64,000 nt of DNA from Felis catus (Eukaryota), in assembly GCF_018350175.1 (NCBI RefSeq), contig NC_058368.1:238764001-238828000 (forward strand), read 5' to 3'. This document shows positions 1-12,330 of the stretch, one piece after another. Numbering within the stretch: the stretch's first letter is position 1; every line of letters begins with the position of its first letter. The notes beneath the pieces were generated by a model, which was not told where the DNA came from, ran no database searches, and was given only the letters and a program-made list of their open reading frames with translations. A program made the position numbers and the translations under genes.

Positions 1-490
1 GTCTGGTTCATGGTGCATCCGAAAGCACACGCACGGCTTTCTAAAATACTCGGGGAGGCCAGCCGTCGGGGAGAACCCCCTCCAGAGCCTGTGTGGGCAA
101 GTGGACACACATCGGCATCCCAAGACTCCGAGCCTCCCGTTCAGCTCTACGTCCTTCAGATCAGTCCGTAAATCCCAACGGGAGATTTGGAAACCTGTTC
201 AAAAATAATTCTTAAGTTTTGGGAAAAGGGGTTCAATCATAACCAGGAGAGTTCGAGAAGAAAGAGTAGCTCTCCCTGTGGGCTCTGGGAGCACGGGGTC
301 CCCAAGTGTCCACGGGCACGTCTGCGGGATGCTCGGGATCCGGGGTTCACCGTCGGTAGGGACAGCACTCCAGACCAGCAGTGGAGACCGGTCACTTTCT
401 AAGTGCTTTTGGGGGAACGGACGCCGATCCCGACTCCATCTCAGACTCCGAGATAAATGCCACGTGGATCCCAGTGGAGTGAAAGTGTTC
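1..490 (+). mobile_element. Ancient L1 (L1M-type) ORF2 remnant
   Basis: Diverged similarity to recalled L1 ORF2 3' text, e.g. AAATCCCAACGGGAGATTTG...ATAATTCTTAAGTTTTGGGAAAA and GATCCCGACTCCATCTCAGACTCCGAGATAAATGCCACGTGGATC. Confidence 0.55.
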
Positions 491-2700
491 AGCCCTTCCT
501 GGCCCCACCGCCGTGCGGCTGCTTCACAGCACAGAGCTCAGCCGTGGAGTCGGCCGGACTTCTCTGTCCGGGCACGTGGCTTGTCCGGCCTTCCGGTCCT
601 CGCCGGCACAGATGCTCGCGTGCACCCGTCTGCTCCGCACACCCTCCCACGGGACGGCAATGTCCCTGCGCGTGTGCCTACACGCAAACATGTGGCTGCT
701 TCCCGAAAGAGCCCGTAACGGGCACCGGTGACGTTCACCACGCACCTCATTCCCAGCAGCAACCTAACGCGGCGCGTCCGGCTGCGGCCCGGGTGTGTGC
801 TGTTGTCCCCACGCCGCTGGCCGCTCCTCAAGCCCGGCTGCCCTTGGATGGTCTGGGCGACCTACGTCGGGTCCCAGCCCTGGAGGCTGATTCAGTGGGC
901 ACGAGGTACCGCGGGCACGGCAGGGTTTACGAGTAGCCACGTGACTCCCAGCCTCCGCTGGAGGCTCAGTCCTCGGCCTCTCCTGGTTCGCGGTGTGGCC
1001 TCCACCAAACACATCGCCGTGATGCGGCGGGTGCCACATCCCGCCCTGGGCCCCGCCTTCACCGCTGCCCGTGGCCACTGAACACACCGGCTTCCCGCCC
1101 ATCTGCAACAGCGCTATCCCGGGCCTCGGGGCAGGGCGGGGTAGTGGGGAAGGCTGTCTGCTCTCGGGACGGTGCAGGCCACTTCTGCCTCCCCGGCCGC
1201 CTCCCAGACCCACGCCTGCCTCTGAGACCCTGTCCTGGGGTCCGCGCGGGGGACACCCCGCCGGGCCCGCAGCCCGGCTTCCCTTCCCTGGCCACATGGC
1301 CCTCTGAGGACAGGTCCTCCTGAGGGGGCTTCGTGTCAGCGTCGGAGCCCCAGAGCCCGGAGGAGCCCCCCGCCACACCAGGTGGGGACAGTGGAGCCGG
1401 TCGGCAGCGGCTGCTCCGAGCCGCACGGGGATGTCCGCTTGGGCGGGTGCAGAAGGGAATACGAAGTGCCCCTCCAGCCCCCCGGGGGCGTTTCTCGCCG
1501 GAGCTCTGGGGTGGGACACGTTTACCGTTGCCCCCCCGTCAGGCTTCCGGGGCCCCAGGGTGGAAAGTCTGCCTCGCACGTGGCTCCGGCTGGATCTCAG
1601 CGGAGGAGGCACGGACCTGACCGTGGAGAGCTGTGGCCGGGCTCTGGAAACAGCCCCAGAGCGGCGGCCCGCGGCGGACGTCCCCCCCCCGCCTCCACCC
1701 CACCCCGCCACCCACCCAAGCTCTGTTCCGGCCTCCCTCATATGGAAATAATATTGTGCCTCGGAAAACATCCAGGCTCTTGTTTCAAATTATGAAACCA
1801 ACATTCTCCTTGGATAAAACCATGTCCGGGCCACGAGTGAGGTTTTGAATTCCAACTTCAAGGGGAAGTTAAATAGTTCTAAAGCGTAGCATGTACGTTT
1901 GTAACAAATTGGGTGCCGCGTTTTGCTGCCAGTCGAAAGTAACTGTTGGATCTGATGCTTTGAATTAGTTGAATCTACACGCGCGTCGCTAAAGTCATGG
2001 ACGGAAGTATGACCTTCAGACATAATTAATGCAATTTAACGACGGTAAATAAACGTCAAAGCCCAAGAAGCAGCAAACTTCATCAAAGCAGAAAAAATAA
2101 ACGTGTTTCTAGTTCCGACCTGAAACCCTAAGCCCGCGCAGCACGTGATCTCGAGGGAAAGGCCGCAGAGCACTCTGGGGAAGGGTGCGCGCCGCCTGCC
2201 CTCTTTCTGCACTAACAGAGCACCGAGGGTATGCACGAGCCCACTGCTTCCGTGCTCTCCCATGGGAGAGCTTCTCAGGGTCCGCTGACAGGATTACGCC
2301 GTGATTTAGAGGTCCACACTGAGACACTTCCCAAAATGTAGCAAACGGTTTAAACTTTTGCTTTAACTGAACGTTACTCTTCAGAGTAATCAGCTTCTCC
2401 GTTCTGGGCATTTTCTAGAAAACCTCACCTTGAGGCTTTGCTATAGACATTTCTCCCAAATGCCTTTGGAAACTGAAAACAAAATGCGTCTTCACTGAAT
2501 AATACGTCCAGGAGACAGAACTGCAACGCGCCTGGAGCAGAACCACTGGGTCAGCGAGCGGCTCCGCGGTGAGGCCCACGCCCGGGGTTCACCCTCGTCA
2601 CCTAAGCGTGCCTGCCAGTGTGAGCTGCTGAGTGCTAGTGCCCAGAGCTGAGCCGGCGGCCTCCCCGTCTGTCTTGGGAATCTGGCCTCACACGTAAGCC

Positions 2701-2760
2701 CCTCGGGGACCTGTCCTCGCGCGTGAGCCCCCTCGGGGACCTGTCCTCGCGCGTGAGCCC
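2701..2760. repeat. Perfect 2 x 30-bp tandem duplication with degenerate flanking copies
   Basis: CCTCGGGGACCTGTCCTCGCGCGTGAGCCC at 2701-2730 and 2731-2760. Confidence 0.95.
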
Positions 2761-3634
2761 TGTTGGGAAGTTCTTCTTGGTGGGCATTGGCACGACACCA
2801 ACACATTCAGTCAATGAAAGCAAAAACTGGGTCATCGGTCACAGGTTTTGTCGGCTCAGGGCTGGGCAACGGGGCTCCTGTGCGGTGGGCCCCCATCCCC
2901 ACCCCGGCACCACCACAGCCACCTGTCATGTCTCCACAGACCTCTCCTTGCCTCCCAAGGGCAGCGGCCGGCAGACCCAGGCCAGTCGCGGGTGGGAGGG
3001 CACAGGCAAGGCCCTCACCATCCCCTCTACCCCCTGTCCCTCACCGCCCACCTGTCCCCTCCACCCGTGTTCCCACCGGGGCTGATGACGGGATCCTTGT
3101 CCTGCCCTGGAGTCCTCAGCCTTCCTGGGTGGCCTGGGGCCAGGGTCTCCCGGAGCCCTGTTCACCTGCCACCTTGGGAGGAACCAACACTCCTCTGGCC
3201 CAACTAAGTCATAAAGACACGATTGGATGCCAATTTACAAATGTCACCCGTCCCAAGGGGAGTATTCTCAGAGACACCACAGAGGCAGTGCCCCTCTTGC
3301 AAGGAGCGCTCAAGGGGCATCAGACCCTGGGCACAAAGACCCTGGGCACAGACCTCCCGCCACCCTGTCTGCTCCCTGCAGGTGGGGGTGACCTAGCACC
3401 ACACACATGGGCAGCGGCCGCCGATGCAGGTGCAGGCACGGAGGAGCCCGTGTGCACGGCTGCCCGTGGGGACAAGATGGAATGTGAGCCTTAAACTCTG
3501 TGTGCAGCACTGGCCGGTGCAGGGACACGCTTGGCTGCGGCTGTTCTAGACTCTGCCTGCGCGCTGTCACCATGAGAACCGCCAGCAAGGTTGCAAGGAC
3601 GTTTGGCTGTGAGGCGTTCGAAGGTCAACGTTCT

Positions 3635-3832
3635 TGTGTGTGCATGTGTGTGCGTGCGCAGGGGGGTGTGCGTGCGTGTGCACGTGTGTGCAGAGGGGTG
3701 TGTGCGTGTGTGCACAGGGGTGCGCATGCATGTGTGTGCACAGGTGTATCGTGCACATGGGTGTGTGCGTGCACGTGCGTACAGGGGTGTGTGTGCGTGT
3801 ACGTGTGCGCACAGGGGTGTGTGTGTGTGTGC
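3635..3832. repeat. Compound (TG/CG/CA)n microsatellite punctuated by AGGGG
   Basis: Runs such as GTGTGTGCATGTGTGTGCGTGCGCAGGGG recur. Confidence 0.9.
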
Positions 3833-4369
3833 CCACTCTCCGCAAACCTTGGCTGGCTGTGGGACAGATTTCCACCAGGCAGCAGTGCAGCCAAGGCGGG
3901 AGTGAAGTGTCCACAGGACCCGGTGTCCCCCGCTGACCCCGGGTTCCGTGCAGGGACTCGCTCCTCCTGCCACAGGGCCCTGGGTCCACTCCAGTCACAC
4001 GGGCTCACCCTGGAGGCCCTGTCCCTCCTTCTCCCAGCTGTGAGCCGTCCTCTGTGCCGACACAGGAGGGACCGTGGGCACATGGCACGTGACCCCCACC
4101 CATTGGCTGGCTGTCCCCGTCACCCGCAGGGGCTGAGGCCCTGGTCCTGAGTGGGAGCCGCTCTGGGTGGGGGCCAGCGCCCTGTTTGCTCAGTGATGAC
4201 TGCCCCAGGGCTGGGTCCTCAGAAGGTCAAGCCACAAGCCACGAATCACCGGCTAAATCCCGCAGGGTCAGACACCGTGCATTTGTAAACACCGACCGAA
4301 ATGGGTTTGTGCTTTTTCTTCTGATTCGGTGATAGACTGAGTCACCCACCTCGAACTGCTGGAGAATAA

Positions 4370-6830
4370 ACTTGATTGTCGCATGTTATTCTCTTGTGTG
4401 GAAAGTGATCATACCATCAGGTCTGGTTTGCTGTCCTGCGTGCAGTCACGGCACTCCTGTCCACCAGCGACCAGCCTTGCTGTGTCCTGTGCTCGGAGGT
4501 CGAGGGGGTGGCCTCGGGCCGTCTTCCTCCACCCTCCGGAGCAGGATGTGCAAGTTCGCTGTTAATTCTTTCCTAAACGCTTGGCGGGTTCACCACAAAG
4601 CCTGCTGGTGCCCGGGGCTTTCTGCGGGAAGATAAATGGCAGATTGCGTTTCTTCAGTGGACTCCAGTCTCTCCTTTTCCTCTGGTGTCAGTTCCGGAAA
4701 ACTGGGCGTGTCCAGAGAGGGGTCCATCCCCTCTGTGTTTTCACAGACGATCAGAATAATCTCATTACTGCACGGTGAAGTGTCCCTGGGACATCTAGCA
4801 ATGCGTTTCTTTTTGCTTTTGATAGAACAGTAATTAAATTCGTCAGTGGTTAGGCACGTCCGTGGTCTCCACGAAGAGCCGTCTTTTTAGAACTTTTTAA
4901 GACATCCTGCAGCATTTCCTCCAGAGCCTCAGGCCTGTCTCTGTGGTTCTTTGCTTCTCCTTTCATCCACTTTGATTTGCTTTTCTCCATCTGATTTTTT
5001 TCTTTTTTTTTATTAATTTTTTTAATGTTTATTTTTAAGACAGAGCGAGAGAGAGAAAGAGAGAGACAGAGTGCGAGCAGGGGAGAGGCAGAGAGAGAGG
5101 GGGACACAGAATCCGAAGCAGGCTCCAGGCTCCGAGCTGTCAGAGCAGAGCCTGACGTGGGGCTCGAACCCACGAACTATGAGATCATGACCTGGGCCAA
5201 GTCAGACACTTAACCCCCAGGCGTCCCTTTTATTTAATTAAACATTTTTAATGTTTATTTATGTTTGAGAGTCTCCATCTGATTTCTTAAGATGGGTAAC
5301 CAGGCATTGTTTCTAAATCCTTCCCTTCAATAGTCACTTAAGGTCAGAAAGTCACTGCATTCCACTTTTAATTTGTCATATTTTTATTCAAATATGTTCC
5401 AACTTTCATTGTGGTTTATTTTTTTGACCTGTGAATTATCCGAAGGGTTATTGCTAAATTTGTAAACACTTGAGGATTCCTTAAATCGTGTTTTTGTTAT
5501 TCCGCCGTGCCCAGAGCAAATACTCTAAGTGACCCCAACCCTCGCATCAGGTGGGGTTCTGCTCTACGACCGGTTTTGCTGCTGAATTGGCGAAACGCGG
5601 TGCGTGCTTCCGAGGGTTTGTTCTCTTGGGCGTCGAATGCAGTCTTCCAACCGCCAGTTACGGGAACGTGCCTTCCCAACCTGTACCTTTCGGCAGCTTC
5701 TCACCAGTTTCAATACTTACTGAGTTTGGCGTGTCGAATGTCCCAGGATGACCGGACGTGCTGACGGGCACATCACGAGCCTGGCTGTCCAGGCGCCGGG
5801 ACGCCGGACCACGGTGCCCTCCTGGGGGCCGGCCCTTTGTGGCTCGAGGACTCGCGTCCCAAAGCCGGCTGTGACTGCGGCCACACGGAGCTCTCCAGCC
5901 TGGCGTCTGCACAGGATGAGAAGAGGCATGAATTTCTCACCCTTTCATTTTTCTCCCATGAACCACGTGCATTTAGGGATTCGGTCTCAGAGGGAACCCG
6001 TAATTTTTGTTCTGCCTTCTGACCCCGGCAAACTTGACTTTGGAGTCTTTGGGGTAATTACAGGTGTATTTGCGTCTGGCCACCTGACGTTATCAAAGTG
6101 AGAGGAACGGGGAGTTCCTCATCCCGCTAGTTAAACACAGCCGATGATGGGAGCCCCGCGCTTCATCCACAGGCTGCAGCCACGTGGCCGTCGGGTCTGA
6201 CGTGTGTGACACACGTCCTGCCCTCCCCTCGCTGTCCCTGCGGTGGCCTGAGTCCCACACAGGCGCCGCCACCGGGATTATCCAGTGGGCAGGTCCCCCC
6301 GACAGCACCCCCTCTCCACTGCCTCCGGCACGCCTCCGCTGCCCGTAACCCCAGCTGTCTCTGTGTCAGCGCCACCCTGGTCACTTGGATGGCCACATTC
6401 CTGGTCCTCGGACGCCGTGGAGTCTCCAGCGTCACTGCGTCACGAAGACGAAGAACATTCTTTTCTGGACTCCGTCACCTACTGCTCCTTAAACGTGGTA
6501 TTTCTGTCCTTCCTCTGGCTGCGTTCGACACGTGTGCCCCTGTCCCTGGTCCCAGACGTGGTTCGTCTGCCGATCCCTCCAGACGGTGGGGGTTCCTGCC
6601 CCTCTGGATGCGGCTCCGTGGTGTCAGCTCTTCTCGGTTCGCAGCCCGGTCTTCCGCTCTCTGCTCTTCCGAGGGGGCCGTCCGGCTCGCGGTCCAGCTT
6701 TCTGAGCCTGTGTCTGCTCTGCCCATCGAGCTTTGCCTTGAACTCTCCACAACTTCACGAAGGATAATTAACGCACAAAAATACAAACCAAATGATTACA
6801 TTCAGTGTGTGACTTGTAAGTTCTGATGTG
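4370..6830 (-). mobile_element. Ancient antisense L1M remnants (ORF2 endonuclease region), interrupted by SINEs
   Basis: T-rich text such as CCAACTTTCATTGTGGTTTATTTTTTTGACCTGTGAATTATCCGAAGGGTTATTGCTAAATTTG resembles antisense L1 ORF2; boundaries approximate. Confidence 0.6.
4998..5227 (-). mobile_element. CanSINE (SINEC, feliform)
   Basis: poly-T, (GA)n, ACAGAATCCGAAGCAGGCTCCAGGCTCCGAGCTGTCAG...GGGGCTCGAACCCACGAAC...CAGGCGTCCC. Confidence 0.93.
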
Positions 6831-8268
6831 CCGATTACGTGCCTGAAGCGTCACCGGGCTCTGACGGCAGAACCACACGTCCACGTGCGCCTCCACGGCC
6901 GGCTGGCCACCCTCACCGCGTAGGGGCCCCTTCCCGCCTTCTGGCCACACTGGGGGTCCAGAGGAGCCCCGCCTGCCAGTCTGCCGTTGTCCACGGCGCC
7001 CTGAAGCCGTCCTCACGGTCTGGGTCTGGACCTCACACGACACCTGCCAAGCCTTGTCCTGTTTCTCGTGTTCTTTGTCACCGGTCGCTGGGCTTTTCTC
7101 TTCTGTTCCCGAGTCCCTTCTGTGACAGCCAGCTGGGGATTGTCCTCCTCTCCTCCAAGTGTCTTAACCGCCTCTCACTTTTTTCCATCTCTTTCTTTCT
7201 GTAACAACGTCTCATGGTGTCTAATCTGTCCTTCACCCCGTTATTTGTGTCCTTCCTTTCACTGATGACACACATGCCTCGTAGCGTTCATTACGGACTG
7301 CGTGTGTGCGTCCCCCAGCCCCAGCGCGGGGGTGGGGTGTGGAGTGCCCGGCCTCCTGCCAGGTGAGGGCACCGCGGAGGCCGGGTCCGTGGATCAGGTC
7401 CAGGCCCTGCCGTGGGAGGTCACCTCTGCTGTTCAAGCCACCCCGACTGATGACGTTTATCTTGATCTTTTAAAAAATCTCCTGTTCGCTTTCCTTGTTT
7501 TTACGTTCTTTTGGCTTCAGTTCCTACCTTTCTAATCATGGGTGTAAAAGCCGTGGCCGCGTCAGGTGGGGTCCCCGTGATCTGGGACTTGTGCCAGCTC
7601 CATCCCGGCCAGTTTCCAGAGCGACGCTCTCTGTGGGGACCCTGCAGTGCCCCTCTGGCACTCTTTCCGCAGCGGACCTGGCTTATCACCGGCCAGGACC
7701 TCTTTCTTGGTAGTGACCTTGCTAGCTCCTGGATCCCAGAAGTGTTACAAGTCAGACACATACGGAGACCAGACATGAAAATTCCCAGAGCAGACAGAAC
7801 CCCTTTGTGACACAGGCGAAGCTTCATTTAGCTTATTTTGCAAGACAAGCCAGGCTAACCTGGCCTGGGTCACCTCTTGCTTGTGTCTCTGAAAATCATA
7901 AGGGCATCAGACAGTGCCCCCGATATGAAGCAACCACTAACCCGTTCACTTAAGAAAATTCCAGTATTGTTTCCAGCCCCGGCGGAGAATACGCATCCCT
8001 GCCCCCTCCCGTACGAGCAGCTGCAGAACCACACGGCCCAGGCCTCACTCCAGGTCTGGCTGGCGTGTCCCCGGATTGCGAACCGTTTGGTGTGTGTGCA
8101 CGGTAAACCTTTCCTCATCACTACCTCAGTGACTCACGGTTTTACTTCTGTTTGTTTGTTTTTTTTTTTCCCTGAACTTTTGACAGAAGTGGCCCAAACA
8201 CAGAGCCAAGCGTCAGTGCAGACTCACTCATATTACGCTCATCTCTTCTCATTTTGTCACGCAGAGAC

Positions 8269-8480
8269 TTTTTTTTAATGTTTATTTATTTATTTTGAGA
8301 GAAAGAGGGAGGGGGAGTGAGCACACGTGGGGGAGGGGCAGAGAGAGAGAGAGAGAGAGAATCCCGAGCAGAGCTCAGGAGAGAGCTTGAACCCACAGGG
8401 CTTGAACCCACAAACCGCGAGATCATGACCCGAGCTGAAATCAAGAGTTGGACGCTTGATCGACTGAGCCACCCGGCGCC
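8269..8480 (-). mobile_element. CanSINE
   Basis: poly-T/TTTA tail, (GA)n, ...CGACTGAGCCACCCGGCGCC; flanking CAGA(G/T)ACTTT target-site duplication. Confidence 0.9.
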
Positions 8481-8749
8481 TCCAGATACTTTTCTGTCTG
8501 TCGTTTCTTTCTCGTAAGCTCAGCTATTCATTTAAAATCTGTATGTTTGGTTTTGCCCTGTTTTGCTCAGCATTTCCGCTGGGCCCTTTGCTGGCTCTGA
8601 GCATTCGGGCCTCACTCTCTTGGGGCTCAGTCCAGGGGAAGAGGCAGCAGGAAGGCTCAGCAGCAGACGCAGGAGGAGCACTCCGGCCGGAGCCCCTTGG
8701 TGTGGCGGGGCTGGGAGGGACGCCTGCCACAGACAGCCTGTGTCTTGAC

Positions 8750-9100
8750 AGAAGAGGAAAAGCTTCTACCAAGATAGTTTGGCGTAAGTTGCTACGAATG
8801 CAATCAAAACGCTACCCAAACAGTGCAATTATTGAAGAGGAGAGGAACCAGCGGAAGTCTGCGTCAGGAAGGAGGGAAGGTCATCCCAGGCTAAGACGCG
8901 GGCGCACGCGGAGCCACAGAGCACGTTCCGGGCGCGATTCCTGCTCCAGGGACCCTGAGGCCGGCGCCCTCGGCTCCACCTGCGCTGACGGGCACGTGCA
9001 TCGGCCGATTTCACTTGAAAAGGGACCCAGGGCACCGGGCAGGCACTTAGTTTTAGGCAAAGGAGTGCAGCTGAGAAGTTCGCTGCATCACTGAGACCCC
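8750..9100 (+). mobile_element. Probable ancient L1 fragment
   Basis: A-rich diverged text resembling the L1M 3' region (AAAAGCTTCTACCAAG...GCCGATTTCACTTGAAAAGGGACCCAGGGCACC). Confidence 0.4.
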
Positions 9101-9359
9101 CCCCCCCCCACCGCCGGTGTGGGGGGCTCCCTGCTGACAGGAGAGGCCTTGTGTCAGGGCTGGTGGGGGAGGGCGCGGCCAACAGGGAGCCACAGAATTA
9201 AGAAGTCGAAACGTCTGTGTTAGTTGTCTTCCTCCAACTGCAAGGAGAGACGTGAGAAAGGAAGACAATGTAAGTAAAATATTCATTGACTCGCCTTTAT
9301 TTCTTGGAAGAGGCAATAATTCTTCCAGTCAAAACCCATTGTTGACTGATCTGAAGAAT

Positions 9360-9435
9360 CATTCCTTCCTCACTCTTTCATTCATTCATTTATTCATTCA
9401 TTCAGTAAACGCTTCTTTAGCACTAACTACAAGCT
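9360..9435 (-). mobile_element. L2 3' end with (TTCA)n tail
   Basis: TTCATTCATTCATTTATTCATTCATTCAGTAAACGCTTCTTTAGCACTAACTAC resembles the antisense L2 tail. Confidence 0.6.
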
Positions 9436-12084
9436 AATTTGCTATTCAAATTTCTCTTGCTCAGTGACACCCTGGGCCCAGATCCTGGTCTCTAACGCCG
9501 TGGGGTGGACTTCGTGCCGCAGGCAGCCTGCATCCCGACAGCTCACCCTGGGCTCCCGGGTCTTCAGAGACAACGTCGGAGGCGAGGTTTCCGAGCCCTG
9601 CCGAAATAAAGGGGCTGCCTCCTCCCCCGCTAACACCTTGTTTTGAGGACCTGAGCCAGGCGGGTCTTTCTGGCTTGGAAACAGAGAGCAGAAAAGCCGA
9701 AGACCAGACGGAAAGGTCCGGAAGGGCAGTGGGCGCTGGGCACTCCTCTTGGGCCTCTGCTCTCTGACTTGTTCTTCCCTGCCACGGGCCCCGGCGTAGG
9801 CTACGGGGTCTGCGGGCCGGCCGGCAGGGCGAGCACGGCCCCTCTGTGGACTCCGAGTCCTGGGCGGGTCACTAGAAGATGACCAAGGCGTCTGGCCCAC
9901 CCGGACACACTTCCCTTCCTTTCTTCTCCGGCTCCGGGATGCTGAGGGGACTGAAAGCGGGCAGCACGCTCACCCCCGGAGGAACCGGGCCTGGGAAAAA
10001 CCCACAGAGAACACCCAAACTGCAGTTCAGAAACAACAGATAACACGGCATCAGTGAGCACCCACGAGCCACTGCCCTTCAGGGCCTTTCCGGCCGCCCG
10101 CGGCCCCACGGTGGCTGGGCTTGGGGCAGCACGCGGTCTGCTGTCCACACCCCTGCAGGCCTGGCTCAGACGGGCCCCCAGCTTCCCACCTGCCTCGTCT
10201 GATTCCTCGCCAATGTAATCATATTTCCTTTTATTTTTTAAAAGTTACTCGTTTCTTTCCAGTTTCATTGAGATATAATTGCCATGTCAGCAATGCAATC
10301 ACATTTTAGAAATTTGTTTCGGCCATGGCCTGTGTGAAGGCACGCACTTCTGTGTTTGTTAGCCTGGGTAAGCCGATGGGAAGGGTGGGCCCGGGTGTAA
10401 GAGCCCCGCGGGGCCAGGTGGCAGGTGGCCAGCCCCACAGCCAGGTGTCCTGTGCTCACACCCTGGACGGGTCCTTCCACCGGGGCTGGGCCGTGTAACC
10501 AGGAGCACACGCAGAAGCCCTCGACCGTCACTTCCGAGCTCGGGCCGCGGAGACGCTGCGGTCCCGTCGGGTGCCCCCCGCCACGGGATCGCCCGGACCT
10601 AGGCGCTGGGGTCTGCAGGCCGTCCGCAGGACCCGGACACACACCTTCTGACCCCAGCACGGCCTCAGACGACTGCAGACCCCCAGCCCGCCACGGCCCC
10701 AGGAAAGGCTCACGCGGAGTCCCTCCGCCAGCAGCTCCCGATTCCCCACCCACGAAACTGCGAGGTCCGGGGCGACCCGTGCAGCAAGAGAGGGGAATGG
10801 GAGCGCTGGCACCATGGCCCAAGGCCCCCTGGCCACGCCCCCGGCAAGCAGTGGGCGGGAGCTGTGGGCCATCCCGGAAGTGCTTAGAACTTCCGTTCTT
10901 AGAATTTTGGACTCTGAGGGGCCGGCCGTGCATCCTGTTAGAGGCATTCTGTGGGGGTGCTCCTGCAGGTGGGGTGGCCAGTCCGGTGACGCCAGGCCCG
11001 CGGAGGTCACAGAGGTCACTGGTGGGCGGGGCATGTGGCTGAGGAGGCTCCCGTTTCTGCTGACGGCAAGAGGCGGGGGGAGACCCGCCAGAGGACGCAG
11101 TGACGGGCAAGGAGCCAGGATCCCCAGCCTCTCCAGGGCCGAAGAGACCAAGCGCACGGTGCTCTCGGGAAAGCGTGGTCAGAAGAGGACACTGGTGGGG
11201 GCCTCCCGGAGTCGCCAGGGAGCATGGATGCAGCCACGCCAGGCAGCCGGGGTCTCCGGCCCGGTGCCCAGGGGGTCAGACACATCGCTGCGGTGAGGGA
11301 GGCTCAGCCAAGGAGGCACGGAGGCAGAGAGGGCATGGGACGCGGGGCGGGGGGGCACCCTGGGTCCCGGGGACTTGCAGGTTCCCTTATTTCTGGGCAT
11401 CTCCAGCAGCACCTGGACACACTGGGGGGAGAGTGGGCAGGAAATCCTGCAGCCGCTGGGCCAGCCACACTCTGCATCTCAGGAGGCGGGCAGGGGGCTG
11501 CCTTCCTCCCAGGACCGGCCAACGGCCAGAAAGCCATCTGGGGACGTGCAGCCAAAGTGAGGAGGGTCACCCGGGAGACAGACACCGTCACTCAGCACTC
11601 GCCGAGGAGCCAAGGGAGCTCCCGTGTGACCCCAGCCCGCTGCCAGGGTGGGGTCCAGAGCAGGTGGCGGTGTCCCAGAGAGCCACCGCTGCTGTGCAGT
11701 GGGACAGGGCCCGTGTCCACGTTCCCTCCAGGAAGGGGGGACGTGAGCAGACGGGAACAGCAGAGGAATTGTCCTGGGTCTGCTAGCCCACGGCTGCCAG
11801 GAAGTTGTCGCTGGGGGCTTTTCTTTGGGAAAATGCCACACCCAGCCTCAGAGACTCAGGGACAGTGTCTGTTCGGGACTCCTGCAAATCCACAGAGGTG
11901 GCCTCTGGACCTTTGTCCTGGCCTCCCCCGTTGGCATGGGGCCAGCAGCCCAGGGGCCCACGGACTGACTCTGCGGCTACCGCCAGCCTCAGGGAGCAGC
12001 TGAGAGACCTGGAACTTTCCATGGCCCCCCTCCCCATCACTGATCGTGGGGTCCTCCTCACCCCCCTGACAGTATGGCTATAAC

Positions 12085-12330
12085 TGCAGTGTGTCCTGTG
12101 GCTGCTGTGACAGATGACCACACACTGAGTAGGAATTCATTCTCGCACTGTCTGGGGCTAGAAGTCTGACACGGAAGTGTGGACAGGTCTGTGCTCCCCC
12201 AGGCCTGGGGGAGGCGGGGCTTCACTCAGCTTCCCCGTGGCTCCAGCACTCTTGGAAGACCCTCGCTGTACACAGCCTTCCTCTCATGTCTGCGTCTTTC
12301 ACCGTCTTCTGGAAAGGCCCACACACTGAT
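12085..12330 (-). mobile_element. MLT1-type MaLR LTR fragment
   Basis: GGCTGCTGTGACAGATGACCACACACTGAGT...ATTCATTCTCGCACTGTCTGGGGCTAGAAGTCTGA resembles MLT1 consensus. Confidence 0.6.

Noticed and set aside
764..1771. 335-aa minus-strand ORF and many similar long ORFs (15179..16258, 10265..11110, 29849..30721)
   Set aside because: Pro/Gly/Arg/Ala-rich, overlapping in several frames, no recognisable domain; expected from stop-codon scarcity in very GC-rich DNA.
3491..4150. Cys/Val- and His/Thr-rich ORFs
   Set aside because: Artefacts of the TG microsatellite.
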